From Podospora anserina (taxonomy: Eukaryota), in NCBI GenBank assembly GCA_017654855.1, contig CM030335.1, positions 1,984,001 to 2,048,000 of the forward strand: 64,000 bases of DNA, given 5' to 3'. Numbering within the stretch: the stretch's first letter is position 1; every line of letters begins with the position of its first letter. Position numbers and translations under genes: made by a program. The notes beneath the pieces are model-generated. The model did not search any database and was not told the origin of the DNA. It was given only the letters and a program-made list of their open reading frames with translations. Below are positions 36,152 through 50,430 of the stretch, one piece after another.

Positions 36152-38502
36152 CTAATCAATCTTGGCCTGCGCCAAACTCCTCGCCGTGGGGTTGTTGATA
36201 TTGTTCACCTGGTGCTGGCTCGCCCCGGCGGCAATCTTCTTGTACTTGCTCTGCTTCCTAAGCTTCTTCCTCGCCACCATGACCGGAACCGAACTCTTAG
36301 TTACCAAATAGTTCGAAAAGGAGCCAAGTATCACTCTGTTTTTCCCATATTAGCAACATTCTTCTTTTCATCAGGCGAGAACAAAAAAAAAAAAAAAGGG
36401 AAAAAACTTGCCCCTTGAGAGCACTCCTCCCCCTGCTCCCCAAAATCACCAACGTCGGGTTCACCAAATCAATCACCTCCGTGATCAAATGCTTCGGGTT
36501 CTTGCAGTGCAGCACCTCCACAATCACCCTGACCTGCAACCGCGTCTTCCTCAGCAGCTTCATCGCTCTGTCCCCGATATCCTTCACCGCCCTATACCTC
36601 TCCTCCTCCGCTTTGCTCCTCTCCATGCTCGACGGCGCAGGGCTCAAACTAGCCTCGCTCGCCTGGTGACCCAGCGAAGAGATCCTAAGAGGCAGTGCAG
36701 TCCCCCCCGGTGTAGCAGGCTGCCTGGTATTGTTCGTCACGGCCGTGATGGCAGCCGCTTGCTCCTTCATCGCCTTGGACTCATCCGGCACCACCGAGTT
36801 CGGATTCGCCTCAATCCCAGCATCCTCGTCCACGCAGTAAATGGCAAGCAGCGTGTCGCCATCCCGGAGCACAGTCCCAATAGCCCACTCAAGCGCATGG
36901 GTAGACTCGTCACTCATATCCGTAGCAACCAAATACTTCCTCGCAGGTCGGTGTTCCTCCTCGGCGTCCTTGACAAGCTTAGCATAGTCGCCTCTGGTAA
37001 TAATCTGGATCGTCCTGTGGGACTCGGGCGTTTCCATCACCTGCGTCATGGCAAAGGACATCTTTTGCGCCCTCTTGATGTCCGAGATGTCCTCTTCCGT
37101 GTCGGTATACATTGGCGTGTGCGTCCCGCTAGGCGGCGTGTCGAAGCTGGTCGCTGGGTGAATGACGTTCTTGCTGCTGTGTTTGACCCGTTCCTTCTCG
37201 CCGGATGGGTTCGTAACAGTAATTGAAGGTTCGTCCAGCAAAGACCTGTATTTGTGAGCCGGCTGGGAAGAGGCAACATGGATCCCTATGGTATACCGAA
37301 TTCAAGTTAGTCAACGGAATCCCAGTATCCAGTCAAACTGACAGGTGGGTATCAGCAAACAACCTACGTTCCTCCTCCGCAGCCGCAAGCAAGCTCCGCA
37401 CCTGCCTCTTAGCCTCCGGTGATTCCGAGCTGCCCTGCGGCTTCTTATCAAAGCTTCGAGCGGCCTTCCTACCCCGCTCGTCTTCCTCCGAAGAGTTTCC
37501 TCCGCTATCGTCACTGCTTTCCTCGACAAACTCCCCATCAGGTCCCAGATAGTCCTTGGCGAGTCTGCCGTTACTAGACCCATCATCCGACTTCTTCCTT
37601 CTCCCGAGCTCACCCAGCGAGCCCCCGGACCTAGCCAAGGCGGCATCTGATAAGCGGCGGTACGCATTGTTGTAGTCGACAGTCTGGTTATCCCCAAGCA
37701 TGGCGCGCCCGGCCGGGCTGAGATTTCGCCCGAGCAAGGCAGGCGAGTGAGAGCGCACCCCTAGTCTGTTGGTGGGAGACTTGGATTTGTTCCCGGCTTT
37801 TCGGCTGCTGTACGCCGGTCCAGCAATCGAGTGACGGCCACGATCGCCAGGGAGAACAAGCCCCGACACATCGTTGCCTCTCATAACTTCTGCCATGGCG
37901 CTGGAGCGCTTCCCGCCCATCGTCACTCTTTTCGGCATGGCGGCGCCTGCATGGTTTGTGATGATTCCTCCAAACTGGTAGTCGAGTGTTGGGTCGTGTC
38001 GAGGGTTGGCCCGGGGGCCAAAGTCGGCGGGTCTCATGGCGGCATCGGACATGCTCCGGGGGTGCCCAGACGGGGCTGGGGCAAGAAGGCTTCGAGAGCC
38101 GGTGTGTTCGATTGGCGAAGAGGGTGTGCTAAGGACATGCTTCTGGCTTGGTGGGGAGTCCACATCCAACATGCTTCGTACTGGCGCGGGAGGAGGGGTG
38201 TCGACATCGAGCATGCTTCTAACAGGCGCTATATGAGAGGAGGTCTTAGTATAATAACTCGACGTGGAGCGGGTAGAGGGAGGGGAAGGAGGATAGAGGA
38301 GGCCAGGAGAAGGAGGGTCGTCACCAATGTCTAACATGGACCGCACTGGGGATCGCGGCGTGAAGGGAGATGGCGACCGGCCTCCTATGCTGCTTGGGGC
38401 TCTGCTTGGTCGTGATGCTTGGGGCCCCTCGAGCAGCGCAAGCACTTCCCTCCGCTCTTCGTCGAGCATCGCCTCCATCGACATTGGTTGGTGCCTAGCC
38501 AT
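36152..38502 (-). CDS. Universal stress protein (USP) domain protein; introns 37287-37367 and 36336-36411 (GC-AG)
   Basis: YLVATDMSDESTHALEWAIGTVLRDGDTL, LVILGSRGRSALKG|VILGSFSNYLVTKSSVPVMVAR; repeated RSMLD motifs in the N-terminus. Confidence 0.88.
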
Positions 38503-39970
38503 AGTGAGTGACAGTTGCTGGTGGTTTTTTGTTCTGGTGTACTGTTTGTTCGAAGTGTGGTCTGTAAGGTATGTATACAACGAGTGGGTGGCAGCAGTTT
38601 CAAATCAAGGGGTCACGGCTTTCTTCGAGATCAGATTGAAAAGAATGCAGAGTTGTGTGTGTATTCGTAGTGTGTAGCGTTGTCAAACAGGCAGGCAACA
38701 AAATAGTGAAAAAGAAAAAAAGTTGGTCGAGTCGGTCGGTGTCAACGGGAGAAGGGCAAGAATCCGACACGATATTTGGTCTTTGTCAAACGGTAAAACC
38801 AAGATCAGATGGCGGGGCGTCGTCCCGCTGAAGACGCTGCCAAGACGCCCCCGAAGAGGAGTTACGACTCGGCCCAGAGCGCCAAGACCCAAGCTACCTC
38901 ACCAGCTGCAGAATGTCTGCGGATATAGCTAGCGGCCATTGCCCCAAAGAGGTGCAGTTTATGAAATCCTTGCTTGTTCAAGTGATAACCGTCGTTTTTT
39001 TTCTTCTCCCTTTTGCAGCTGTTCCTTATCACCCCACTGCCAGATCTACTATCAAGTGAATACATGCCCTCGTGTCTGGGCGGTGAGAGCGCAGAGTCAG
39101 CGGGCTATAGCATCTCGTGCCCTGTGGCCTGATTGAATGACGATGTGCGGGGTGGGAAGGGAGAGAGCTCTGGGAAGCTCTGACGAAGTGGCAGCGGAAC
39201 CTTGTGGTTTTGCCGCCGCCGACCAAAATCCAAACTTGCTGTTCGCCGAGCGTAGGGTCCGGAGGCGCCGTCTTGGATCACCTCACGAGAGCTTCCCAAA
39301 GCCAATGAAAACCAAGACTCTGGGCTGTGTAACTGGAATCTTGTTTTTCTTCTTCTTCGGCTGGTATTGGCACGAGAGGACGACTCCGCGTTGAGTTGAC
39401 ACAGCCTTTCTTAACATCCTATGCCCAGTCTGATCGTTCACGGTAGTAAAGACCTCCCATCCCAGTGTAACAAAGACGTCAGACACTACAATTTTCCATA
39501 GACAAATCCACCCGCATGATAGCACTGCCTCCCTCCCCTCCCCCCGCAACAACCCCACGAATAGGAGCCGAGAGACTACGCGGCTGCTGCGCCATACCGC
39601 CGAGCATCTGAGTCGAGTCGTCAAGCGTTTAGAAAACGGCGCAAGGCTACTGGCCAAAGTCTATCGAAACTCAACCTGTCATCTCAGCCTTATACATACG
39701 ATCCCCATCTGACTTTGACTTTGACTTTCACTTGCATATCTACCACCCTTAATGTCTAGCCCAATCGATCGATCTTTCTGGAACAGTTCCTGACCCATCC
39801 TTTCAAAATGCGTATCCCATATGCTCGGGACCGGTCTTGTAATTTGCATGATACAAAATAATGTACACTCTCCTTCCACCACCCAACCTACCAACCCATC
39901 TATATGTGACCCCTTTTATGCATGCAGAAGTCTCCCCCATCTCCTCCCTCCCTTTGCCTCACCCAAGAAC

Positions 39971-40946
39971 CTACAAAAAGTTCTTAATCTGATTATTCAT
40001 CAAATTAGCTCTCGTCGCCGTCCCCAGCTTGTGCACCTGCGCCCTCTTGTCCCAAACCCCGCTCCTCCCCTCCACAACCGCAATAATCTCCTCGGCCACC
40101 CTCGTCGGAAACATCTTCCTCCCCGACCCCTTACTCTTCCTCTTCTGCACCGCGTCCAAGATCCACACAAACGCCGTCCTCCTCCTCTGCCTCGCCGCCA
40201 ACGGTGCAGGAACCTCCAGATTCCTACCACCACCCGCCAGACCCCTAAACCCCCTAATCTTCACCAGCGGCGCGACAGAATCAATCGCAACACGAAGGTA
40301 AGTCACCGGATCGAGGGGAAGAAAATTCGGGGCCGGGGCACCAGGAATCAACGGACGGGCAGGGTTCAGTTTTGGTGGGGGGGAGGTGCGGAGGTGGTTG
40401 AGAATCATTGCCATGTCCTAGAACATAAATATCAGCATATATATATATATCAAACCGACGTGGGATGGAGAAACGAACTCTTTGAGCCTTGGACAACTTC
40501 CCATCCTTCATCAACAACCTCGTGATCTGCCCCATCACATCATCATACCGATGATCCTTGTGCAGCTCGCTCGGCAGCGGCAGGCTGGGCAACCCGTACT
40601 TGTGCCCCTCCTCCTCGGCGTCAAATGGTTTGAGTCCGTACGCCACCAGCTCCAGCCTGTTCAGAGCATAGAGGTTGTCTTCTTTATGTTGTTGTTGGCT
40701 GAGACTGACCACTTCCTCCTCTGATCTGGGGGGGGCTAGCTCGGAAGAGGGTGCTTGATCGTTGTTATTGTTGTTGTTCTCGGGGGTGAGGTTGTCGGAA
40801 TAAAACCGTCTCGCTACTGGGACCGTGGTAAGCTTTGGTACCGCGGCGGCAATCTTTTGTGATAATAACGGCTGCTGGCTGGCGGGGGTGGTGGTCCGGA
40901 GAGAAAGGGCTCGGAAGGCCGAGGCGAGGTTCAGCCTTGGGGGCAT
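39971..40946 (-). CDS. RSM7: Mitochondrial ribosomal protein uS7m; intron 40418-40478
   Basis: Arg/Ser/Leu-rich presequence; LMKDGKLSKAQR, VPAPLAARQRRRTAFVWILDA, VHKLGTATRAN. Confidence 0.9.
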
Positions 40947-43592
40947 TGTTGCTGTATGCGCGGTTTTGTGTGTGGTGGGGTGGGATGGTCGTCGACGACG
41001 GAGCGGGAGGGTTGTTGTCGTCGTCGTCTCGTCAAATCGCAAACCCCGAAGCTTTCACCCACCCAATTCGCCTTGTCCCTCTCGTGCCGTTCTCGAAAAA
41101 ATGAAAACTATCCCGGTGTTTTCCCGGTCTTGGGTTTGGAGTAGTGGGGCAAGTTACAGCTTCTCGAAAGCTGGTCTGTGCTTTTTGACTTTTGTAACAA
41201 CCCCAACCCTTCAACTTCACAATCCCCCCCACCAAACATCAACAACCTCCGAAGACTAGCGTTATTTGCCATCCAGCCACACAGCAAAGTTGTGTGTGTG
41301 TGTGTGACCCCCACGAACCGGCCAACGACACTGGTGAAAATGAGTGGTTCACAGGTGGGTTGGATGTGCAACAGCGGGAGGGGCATCGGGTCACGGGAGC
41401 AACAGTTCCTCCAAGTTTCCCATACTGTCCCCCATCCGAGCTTTTTCTTTTTCTTCTCTTCGAGTCTTGTGACACCGCATATGTTGTGTGGTTGTTGTGA
41501 TTGCAGTGGGAGTTGCAGAGACCAATCACCGTCATTCCCAAGAACTGGTGAGCCCAGGTCTACCCTCCTTAGCTGACCTCTTCTCCTCATGACATCTAGT
41601 TGTTGAACCTCCAGAGATGCTGCCTCAGCTACACCTTTCCTAATTGTAGGTAGATACATCTCACAGGAAGCCGAATCCTCTCTATCAGACACACAAGAAT
41701 GACACTCAAATCACAACATCGGTGTTTATATATGTCTGCATGCATTCATGTACACATTCCCCCCATCAAGTTAGCCCGAAACATAAAAAAAACCCCTCCT
41801 CTCCCACTCCCACCACCCTCACCACCATCACGGGACCACCTCCCCCATTCCTCCACCACGTCACCGAAAATCTCCCCAAAATCCAACCCTCTCCAGCCCA
41901 GCACACCCCCCACCTCAACAACCTTGATTGGCCCGAAGATCCCTCACGTCCCCTAGTCCAGACCCGACAACACGGGAAAAAAAGCCTTGATTTGAAGCGG
42001 TGTAAGTCAGAAGCTTGGCATTTCCTATCCTGGCCACGAACGACCTCCCACAAACCGCCCTTCACCTCCTCCTCCACTCTTTGCTTTCCTGTGAAGATGT
42101 TAGTAAGTTTCAATATCTACAAATACCAGCAAGCATACAAGCACACAAACATACATACATACATACATACAGACAAGAGTTCAAACAAACCAGAAAAGAA
42201 AGAAAAAAAACCAATAAATATTAACAGTCTAAAACAACAAAATTCTTTTCCAATCTCATGTCATCAAGAAAACCAAAAGAAAAAACAGAAAACAACTCGG
42301 ATATCAACGTGAAAAAAATAGAGATAGATGAAAGCAAATTCCAACATATCCTCCACCATTTACCAATAAAAAAAAGGATCAATCTTGTTCCCAGCCTCCT
42401 TGCATTATATCCCAGCCCAGTTCCACCTTTTTTTAAAATGTTTTTAAAACCGTTCTCCGTTGGGTTGTTCCGAAGCGGTGTGCTGAAGCTCGATCCGTTG
42501 TCGTCGATATCGGCCCGGTAATCTTTCCCTTGCTTTTCGACTTGAAGATAGGTGACATGTCGAATACGTTGTTCAACAGTATGGTGCTTCGGTAGTGCGA
42601 TCCAACACCGCTACATCCATCCCACCCGGGCCAAGCTCAAGGTCACAGAGTTGTAACCGACCAAGACCACAAGAGAAGTAGACGTCGCAGTAAAAGACCA
42701 ACCAAACCGCCCTCCATACCGCCTCCCAAGCGTCCTCATTCCGCCCCCCACCATCAAATCCAAACAAGAGAGAAACTCGAAGCCAGCCAAGGAAAAGACA
42801 AAGAAACCAAGCAGCCAGAACAACCTCCCAAAAACCCCAATATTTGCAATTCCCATTTTCCATAAAAGTCCAACAATTTCGAGCCGCCAGTGAGTTCCAC
42901 CAAAACTCCAGATCCTCTCGAGTTAAAGCCATGTGTCCGTTCATGTGCTGAAAAAGACAAGCCTTCCAGCCCAAAGAACCACCCACTCAGCAATGCCTCA
43001 CAGGGGTATCTGGCCATCAGCGAACTCCCAAGTAGACCTAAATCATCGTCAAATGTGCCTTTGATAAGTTTCCTCCCAAGTAAATAAAGAAACCGAAAAC
43101 AAAAACAAAAACAAAAGCCAAAACCAAAGTCAATCTGTTTCATAAGCCAAAAAGAACATCAAAACAAAACAAGTCTGCGCCAGGTCATGATAAGAGTTTT
43201 CGTTGTGTGCCGTGTGGCAAATGTCGATTTCCCTCCAAAAACTCCTCTTGTGTACGTCGGTCGAAAGTATTAAGCACGGCGTGTGTTGTGTGGGTCGTTA
43301 TTGTACAACGAAGAGGAATGGTTTGTGTCGTTAAATATAAGTAATCCGAAAGTGTAGCCCGAGAATCCGTGTGTCGTGAAAAGTAGTCGTGATCGTGTAA
43401 GCGGTGGCGGTGAATGGTAGGTGTGTGTTGAAACGCAAGACCAAAACGGGGTTTCGAGACAATTTGACTCAGAATCTCCAAGCAGCACTCATCACGGGAT
43501 CCGAAAGTGGTCCCGGACGGCCGTCTGACTGTTCCGCAGCCGAACCATCAATCTTCGTCCCGTCATCAACTTCTTGCTGTCAAGCCAACGCA

Positions 43593-44024
43593 TTACCATG
43601 CGCTTCGAGTGGTGGAGGGTGAGCTGGGGTTCGAAGAGGCGCCGTTCAACCATTTGTAAGCAACCTCAGCAGCATCTTCTTTGGCGTTGTTGACGTTCTT
43701 GCCATCGTACCAAAATCGGGCATCGTGAGTCACTCCGTAAACGGTAACCCTGCTGGACCATGCTGTGCGTCCACCTGTATTCCGGTCAGCATTCAAATTT
43801 CGCAAGACCTACTCCCGGACCAAAAAAAAACAACAAAAAAAAAGAGAAATTCACATACCTCGTCGGTCAGACACAATTTGGAAAACCGGCGCGGCAATTT
43901 GAAGGTCGTGGCAAGTACCTGACGGCGTCATTAGCGACATGAAGCAGACATTCTGTATTTGGGGGAACTCACTCTTCAGGGAATCCTGCCAGGGAGTCTT
44001 GCTAGTGTTGGCCTTGGGCGCCAT
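43593..44024 (-). CDS. Stand-alone double-stranded RNA-binding-domain-like protein, 97 aa; exons 44024-43973, 43918-43859, 43774-43593
   Basis: Spliced product MAPKANTSKTPWQDSLKSTCHDLQIAAPVFQIVSDRRGGRTAWSSRVTVYGVTHDARFWYDGKNVNNAKEDAAEVAYKWL fits the alpha-beta-beta-beta-alpha dsRBD pattern; both introns canonical with branch sites. Confidence 0.82.
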
Positions 44025-47000
44025 TTTTCGGAGGACCGGACTTGAAGTGAAACGGTCGGTAGTGTGATAGTTTTCGAAGAGGAGGAAGTGGTGATTTTCG
44101 GATGGGCTGTGTTGTATCAGGTGTGAATCGAGTATATGTGTATTCGTATCGTGTCGTCAAATGTGCTGTTTGGATGAAAATTGTTTTGTTTCGAACGGTG
44201 AAGGGTGAGGTGTTGAGATGAATGTGGGGGAAGAAATAGGCTCAGGCGGTCTGGTTTTATAGTCCGGAACGGTCCGGCGAGGAGAAGCTGGATACGCTCC
44301 CAGAGACTGTGACAGAGGCGAGAAGCAAAAGAATGTCGTGTCCGAACCAGATTCGAGAAGATTTGATGCTTAATTAAGAAAGAAAAAATGCAGGCTGCCC
44401 TGGCCCGTCAGGTCTGTGCTGTCTTCCCCGGTTGAAGGGGCGTGGATATGGGCCTGTTTGACTGTGAGAGAAACTCGGCGAGTGACGTTAGAGGAAAGAA
44501 GCGGACAGCTGCATCATCCGAATAACACAGCCAGATAGGCAGAATCAACAGAGGAAGGATGCTTTTGCAAAGCTTCTTTGCTGGCAGAAACAAGTGGTCA
44601 AGCCGGGAGATGAGAAAGAAAAGAACAGTGACACCAAAATACCCGAAGGGTATTTGACATGTCCACCTTGAGTACTGGCCGGATTTACGAACTACGTAGT
44701 CCTTCTGTTCCTTTTTGGGCCTGTTCAAGGTGGTGGATAGCAAGTATACCCTTCTTCACTTTCTCTCCTCGGTATGTCTTTTCTTTTTGTGTTGCGTGCC
44801 TCTGCGGTTCTGTGCTGCCAGGTCATCAATCCTTGATGATCAGAACCCGATGCCACTCGGGACCGAATCCACACTTCCACAAAAAATTTGGGACTGTGGG
44901 CAATCCAGCAGACCAAGGTAGAAAAGAGCATGGCCCCAAGTTGGGACTGCGGTGTGAAGGAAGCAACACAGGCTGCAGAAGCTAGAGGGCACCCCAGCCG
45001 AGTATAACAAAACACAAACGCCAGTGGGCTACACATTGTACACTGGGTGTAGAGACAAAGTTGTCGAGCGCAGTGTTCGAAAATCTCAGTCACCACTGGC
45101 GTTCCCTTTCCAGATCGTGATGAGAATGCTGAGAAACAGGTCAAGGGGGGAAAGCAATGTTTCCATGCTCCATGGCTGGAGCATGGGGAACCAGACGGCT
45201 CGAAAAGTGGCTGCTTGCTGCGTTGTCAAGCCCACACAAACGCCAAAGATTGCCAAAAGCTACCCAAAACGTACTAACGCTGGGGAATGGCAGGGGATTC
45301 CAAAGGTGAGCTGGTGGTCGATGGCAACATCCTCATCAACACCAGACCCAAACGATGGTGCATTAAAATGTGCAGAAACAGCAGTTCGGGCTGGGCTGAA
45401 ATACCATCATCTTCGGGTGCCAAGCGTAGAGCTTTTGAGCTTGGTTTCTGAGTTGTCAATGTGGAAATGGATCCCCATATCTAAATCAAGCACATCCGAG
45501 CATCGTTGATGCTGGTAGAGCCCCTCAGTAAGTGGGGGCAATTGTGCTTCACCTTGAACCACTAGGTACCAAAGCATCAGGTGCTTTGCGGGAACGGGTT
45601 TTAGCTGCCCTCTGGCTTGTCGGTCTGTGATTGGACAGGCGGAGTGGTGCTAATCTCTCTCCAGAGGAACTTCAGATCTCTGTTCGCCGAACGTTGCCGT
45701 TGAATCTCGCCCGTCTTGAGCAATCAATCGCTACGATCGGATACCTGTGTGTTTGTTTCCGGCTACAGACATTTGTTGATGCTGGTCTGCAGCCGGGGTC
45801 TTCATAAATGACGGGTACCAAACAGCCGGGACACTCCGAGACGCCCTGACTTTGCAAACAGGTGCCTTGTCGAGCGGCAAGTACATCAAGGGACTTGGGA
45901 CATCGCTACCGGCCCGTCGGAAACTAGGTATGTTACGCAGCCGGAGTATCCTTCGGGTTCTGGAAGGAATGAACTTGCGACGGCTAGTGCACCTGTGGAG
46001 GTACAGCCAATACCGCCGAATCACGAAAGCCGGCTGCCCTGAAACCCCTGATGTCCTCGAACTCTGAATCCAAGGATGTTACCCGCTTTGTTGAGCCTCA
46101 TTCTCGCAGACTGGGGAACTTGGGGAAATGGAGAAAGCCCAAGTCCATGCTTTGGGCAACCAAAACGTCCCCGTTTTCGCCCTCCTCGCCGATGTCATAG
46201 AACGGCATCTTGCAGCATCTTCTGGTATCGTGGAACAAGGCCGTTGGTGTGTAAATTCCACGAGCCGTTCGGGCAGAGATCTCGCTCTTTGCTCGCCAGA
46301 TGGCATACTGCTGCTGGAGACTCATCGTGCTTCAGGCTTTTGGTATATCATCGGTGGTTCCGAAAAAGAGACAAGAGCCATGGCTCTTGATCAGATCTCA
46401 GACGGTCGAGATGGGCGCGGCAGATGGTGACAGCGGCCCCCCTGGCTCACGAACCATTGTTACACAGAAGCGAACCAGGACGACGGGTACATGGCACCAT
46501 TCGGGATGTCCATCAAATGTGCCGAAGCCTAAACCGGGAATCGTGGCGTCGTCCCGCGTACGCCTTGTCCCCCGTCGAGTGTCTCGGTCAAGCCTTACAG
46601 TCTAGTGAAGACAGAGTGTCTGGCCAGCCCGCAGCGTTGGGTTCGTGTGGCATCGGTTTACTCCCGCATCGGTTGCAAGCTGGGCAAAAGGGCGAGATGT
46701 GCTCAGATGTGCAAAGTAAAGGTGAAGCGTCCAGATCAGATCGAGAGATGCTACGAAGTCAGCCAGACTTGTCAGGCCAAATAGGGGAGTGGAACAGCGA
46801 ACCATATGCGGCCGGCGCTTGGCCAGTGAGTCGATATCGACCAATGAGAAGCGCTGAGTGGACCGTATTTGTGCCACGGCAGTAGATGCGGTGTACAAAC
46901 AGCTCCTCGTTTGGGTATAAACGGCGTGGAGGCACTGCAGGGTACAAATGATGAATAATTGAAGACCGGCGAGAGAGAAGGCCGGAGAAGCATAGTGCCA

Positions 47001-48518
47001 CATATATGCGGTAAGGTCAAAGATGTTTCAAAAGGAGGGCGACACCTGTTGTGACCCGTTCCTGTACAGCCCTGGATTGGTCGGGAAAAGAATTGGCATC
47101 CCTGAGAGTGCTCTGTCACCCGGGGGACCGACAGAGCCTGCAAAGAGCCCCGGAGATGTGACAAGCAACACAGTATGGTTGAAGAACGAGTCTTGAACTT
47201 CAAAGGATGACGAGGGTTTAAATGTGGACAGAGGCAGCCAGTCGAGGAGCAGCTGCCATATATCGCCATGAGGCTCTTTGGGAAAATGGCGGCGACTCAA
47301 GACAGAGATGTGGCACACTACCATGCGTTGCGGCTGCAAACATCGCCGCTTGGGCATCGCATTCTCGACTGTTGGCACCAGGAACTGGAGAGGCGGGCCT
47401 GCAACTGCCGTGGTTGGGTGTCTATGCATTGACGGCATACTGTCCTCTTTTGCCATTAGGAATCGATAGATGTTGACGAGATGAAGTCATTTCGTTGCAG
47501 CCACCACGGGCCGCTGCCGTGAAATGGCAGGCGAGCGAATCGACATCTGAAGCCTTGACTGAGTCACACCAATATGAATAAGAGAACAAGTGATTGGCCG
47601 GCCCTGTGGCTCATTGCTTGTGCGATGTTTCTCCAGGCCTACACCCATATCGCGGTAGCCGTCATGTCGGGCTGGTGAGTGAGGACGAGCATTCAAACAT
47701 CCAGAGTTCGTGACACAGCAGAGCGTGTTACTGCAGCGCCGTGTCAGTGTCATCGCAGAGAGCCGCCCTAAGGAGCCTTGAAGTTTGGTGTTATGCTATT
47801 GGCTGTTACTAAAAGTTAGGGATCATCGTTGGTGGGGGCTGTTTCTCACCAACAGATGTACGAAAAATCCCATGGGCGCGATGGATCGGTATAGAAAGCA
47901 AGGAAAGCGATGAGGTGGAAGGCAGAGAGGCCCAGGAATTGATTTTATCAAATATCAAGCGAGAATCATTGAAAACTTAGGGATTGAACAAGGTACATCC
48001 AAGTAAGAAGAAGCTCGACCGTTGCGAAATCGAACGGTGCCGTTGGATGGAGCTGAAGTTGGAGTTGATTCCTGGTCCCAGAATCCCCAAAATTGCGAGG
48101 CATGTCAGCTGTCGTCATCTGATCCACAGCCGTCCCACCCCACGCGCAGCTGAAATTCTGGGGCTGTAATTACCAGCACCAATCCTGCCTTTTCTCGCCG
48201 AAAACGCCTACCCCAACCCGTAATCCCTCTGTTTAGCGCGTAATTATTACACATGCTTCTCCAACTCCCAAAACCGCTCGGCTTTGTCCTCCTGACTTTG
48301 TGCCTCGGCTGGACCCTGCCCAGCAACGGCCTAGCACGACGTCGCCAGGACATGGCTGTGTCTCATCTGACTGGCCACTGCCGGTGATATGAATATCATC
48401 ACCCGTCCCTCAGCATCTCCCCGACCTCCTGTCCGACCTGACCTTCTCTCTTGTACCATCGCAGCCCGGATCCGCTCCCGTAATTTACTCTGAAACTTTT
48501 GTCACGTCGTATTTGAAG

Positions 48519-49715
48519 ATGCCTTTCGACACGGAGCTGACCCGCCGGCTCGGCATCGCTGGTACGTATCCTTCACTCGACATGGTGATGGACAAAGTCA
48601 AACTGACATTTCACCTTCTACAGTCCCTGTTGTTCAGGGTGGCATGCAGGTAAATCACACCTCCAGTTTGCCATGTAAATATGGTTGCTAACACAGTGGC
48701 CAGCATGTTGGATACGCTGAGATGGCGAGCGCTGTGTCCAACGCCGGCGGCTTGGGCATTATTACTGCCCTCATCTTCCCAGAGCCCGAGGGCCTCCGCC
48801 AGGAGATCCGGAAGTGCCGGAAGCTGACCAGCAAGCCATTCGGTGTCAACATCACTCTCCTGCCTGCTCTCGTCCCCCCAAATTACGAGGCCTACGCCCA
48901 GGTCATCATTGACGAGGGCGTCAAGATCGTCGAGACTGCCGGCAACTCTCCCGGGCCTGTGATTTCCAAGCTCAAGAAGGCCGGCTGCATTGTCCTCCAC
49001 AAGTGCACAACGATCAGGCATGCCCAGTCCGCCGTTAAGCTCGGCGTCGACTTTTTGAGCATTGATGGTTTCGAGTGCGCTGGGTATGTGTTCAGACAAA
49101 CTCCACTTCCCCGGATTTTCCCACCATGGTCTATCCTTCCCCTGCCGAGCAGGCGCTAACAGACGTCACAGCCACGTTGGTGAATCAGACATTACCAACT
49201 TTATCCTCCTCAGCAAGGCGCGCCAGACCCTCAAGGTGCCCTTCATCGCCTCTGGTGGCTTTGCTGATGGCCAAGGTCTGGCCGCCGCCCTGTGCCTCGG
49301 TGCCTGCGGCGTCAACATGGGCACCCGGTTCCTGTGCACGGTCGAGTCCCCTATCCACCACAACATCAAGGAGCAGATTGTCAAGGCGCAGGAGACCGAC
49401 ACCACGCTCGTCCTCCGCCGGTGGCGCAACACTACCCGTCTGTACAAGAACAAGGTGACGGAACAGGCGCTCAAGGTTGAGCAGGAGAGCAAGACGGGCG
49501 AGTTCTCCGAGATTGCTCCCTATGTCAGCGGAAAGCGCGGCAGAGAGGTGTTCATCAACGGAGACCCAGAGTACGGTGTCTGGACTGCTGGTCAGGTTAT
49601 CGGTCTCATCAACGACATCCCGACCTGCAAGGACCTGGTTGCGAGAATCGAGAAGGAGGCCGAGGATACTCTCAAGGAGCGACTTGCGTTGGTTAAGCCG
49701 GCGCCTAAGCTATAG
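48519..49715 (+). CDS. Nitronate monooxygenase / 2-nitropropane dioxygenase (FabK-like) flavoprotein with PTS1 (-PKL); introns 48562-48623, 48650-48703, 49084-49171
   Basis: PVVQGGMQ, AVSNAGGLG, DGFECAGH, IASGGFADG, MGTRF motifs; C-terminus KPAPKL. Confidence 0.9.
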
Positions 49716-50430
49716 AGCATGTTTTGCGACTGTACTTTTAGAGTAGAAGGCGGGGCATTTTCTGGGAGGTTGTCATGAATCGTTAGCAGGTTACTTGTTT
49801 GTCTTGTCTTGATGGCATCTTGTATGACAGAACTATGACTTCTGGATAATAGGACGAGAATGATCTTCATGGTCAGCATGAAGATCACGACACATCATGT
49901 TCAATATGCCATGTTCATTCATAGTTATCTCGATGGTCATAGAGGGGGTTGCGAGAAGAAGGTTCCTAGAATACCCTAACCCCCGACCGTTGGAAGCGTC
50001 GTCTTAGCGAGTCGTTAGCTCCAACTACCGACCCAACCCCACCTCTTCATGTGCCCCCCCGAACCCGACCTCGGCTGTGCTTTCTTCCCCCGGCAAACGC
50101 CATTCGGCGCGCAGCGCAACTTGGAACCCATCCCGCAAGCCCGTGGGATTCCAAGGCCAGGGGTCATCCCTCTCACCTGTGTCTTTCTTTCATCAAGAGG
50201 CGACATTAATCTTCTTCTCTATCTCTCCTTTCCTTTTCCGAGCTCTCGTGACCAAAATCTTTCTTCTCTTTTCTCTCTTCTTTTTGCTGTTTCTCTGTCA
50301 TTGCGACTGCAAGCCAGCTAGGTACCTACCGACGTAAATTGCGCTCGCTCACAACCGCACTCGCAGCAATAACAACCGAACCATCCAGAAATCGCAAGCC
50401 GCGACAAGCTCCAGAAGACAATCAGACAAA

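Noticed and set aside
44400-48400. Many short ORFs in the long intergenic region
   Set aside because: No domain similarity, codon bias or coherent splice pattern that I could recognise
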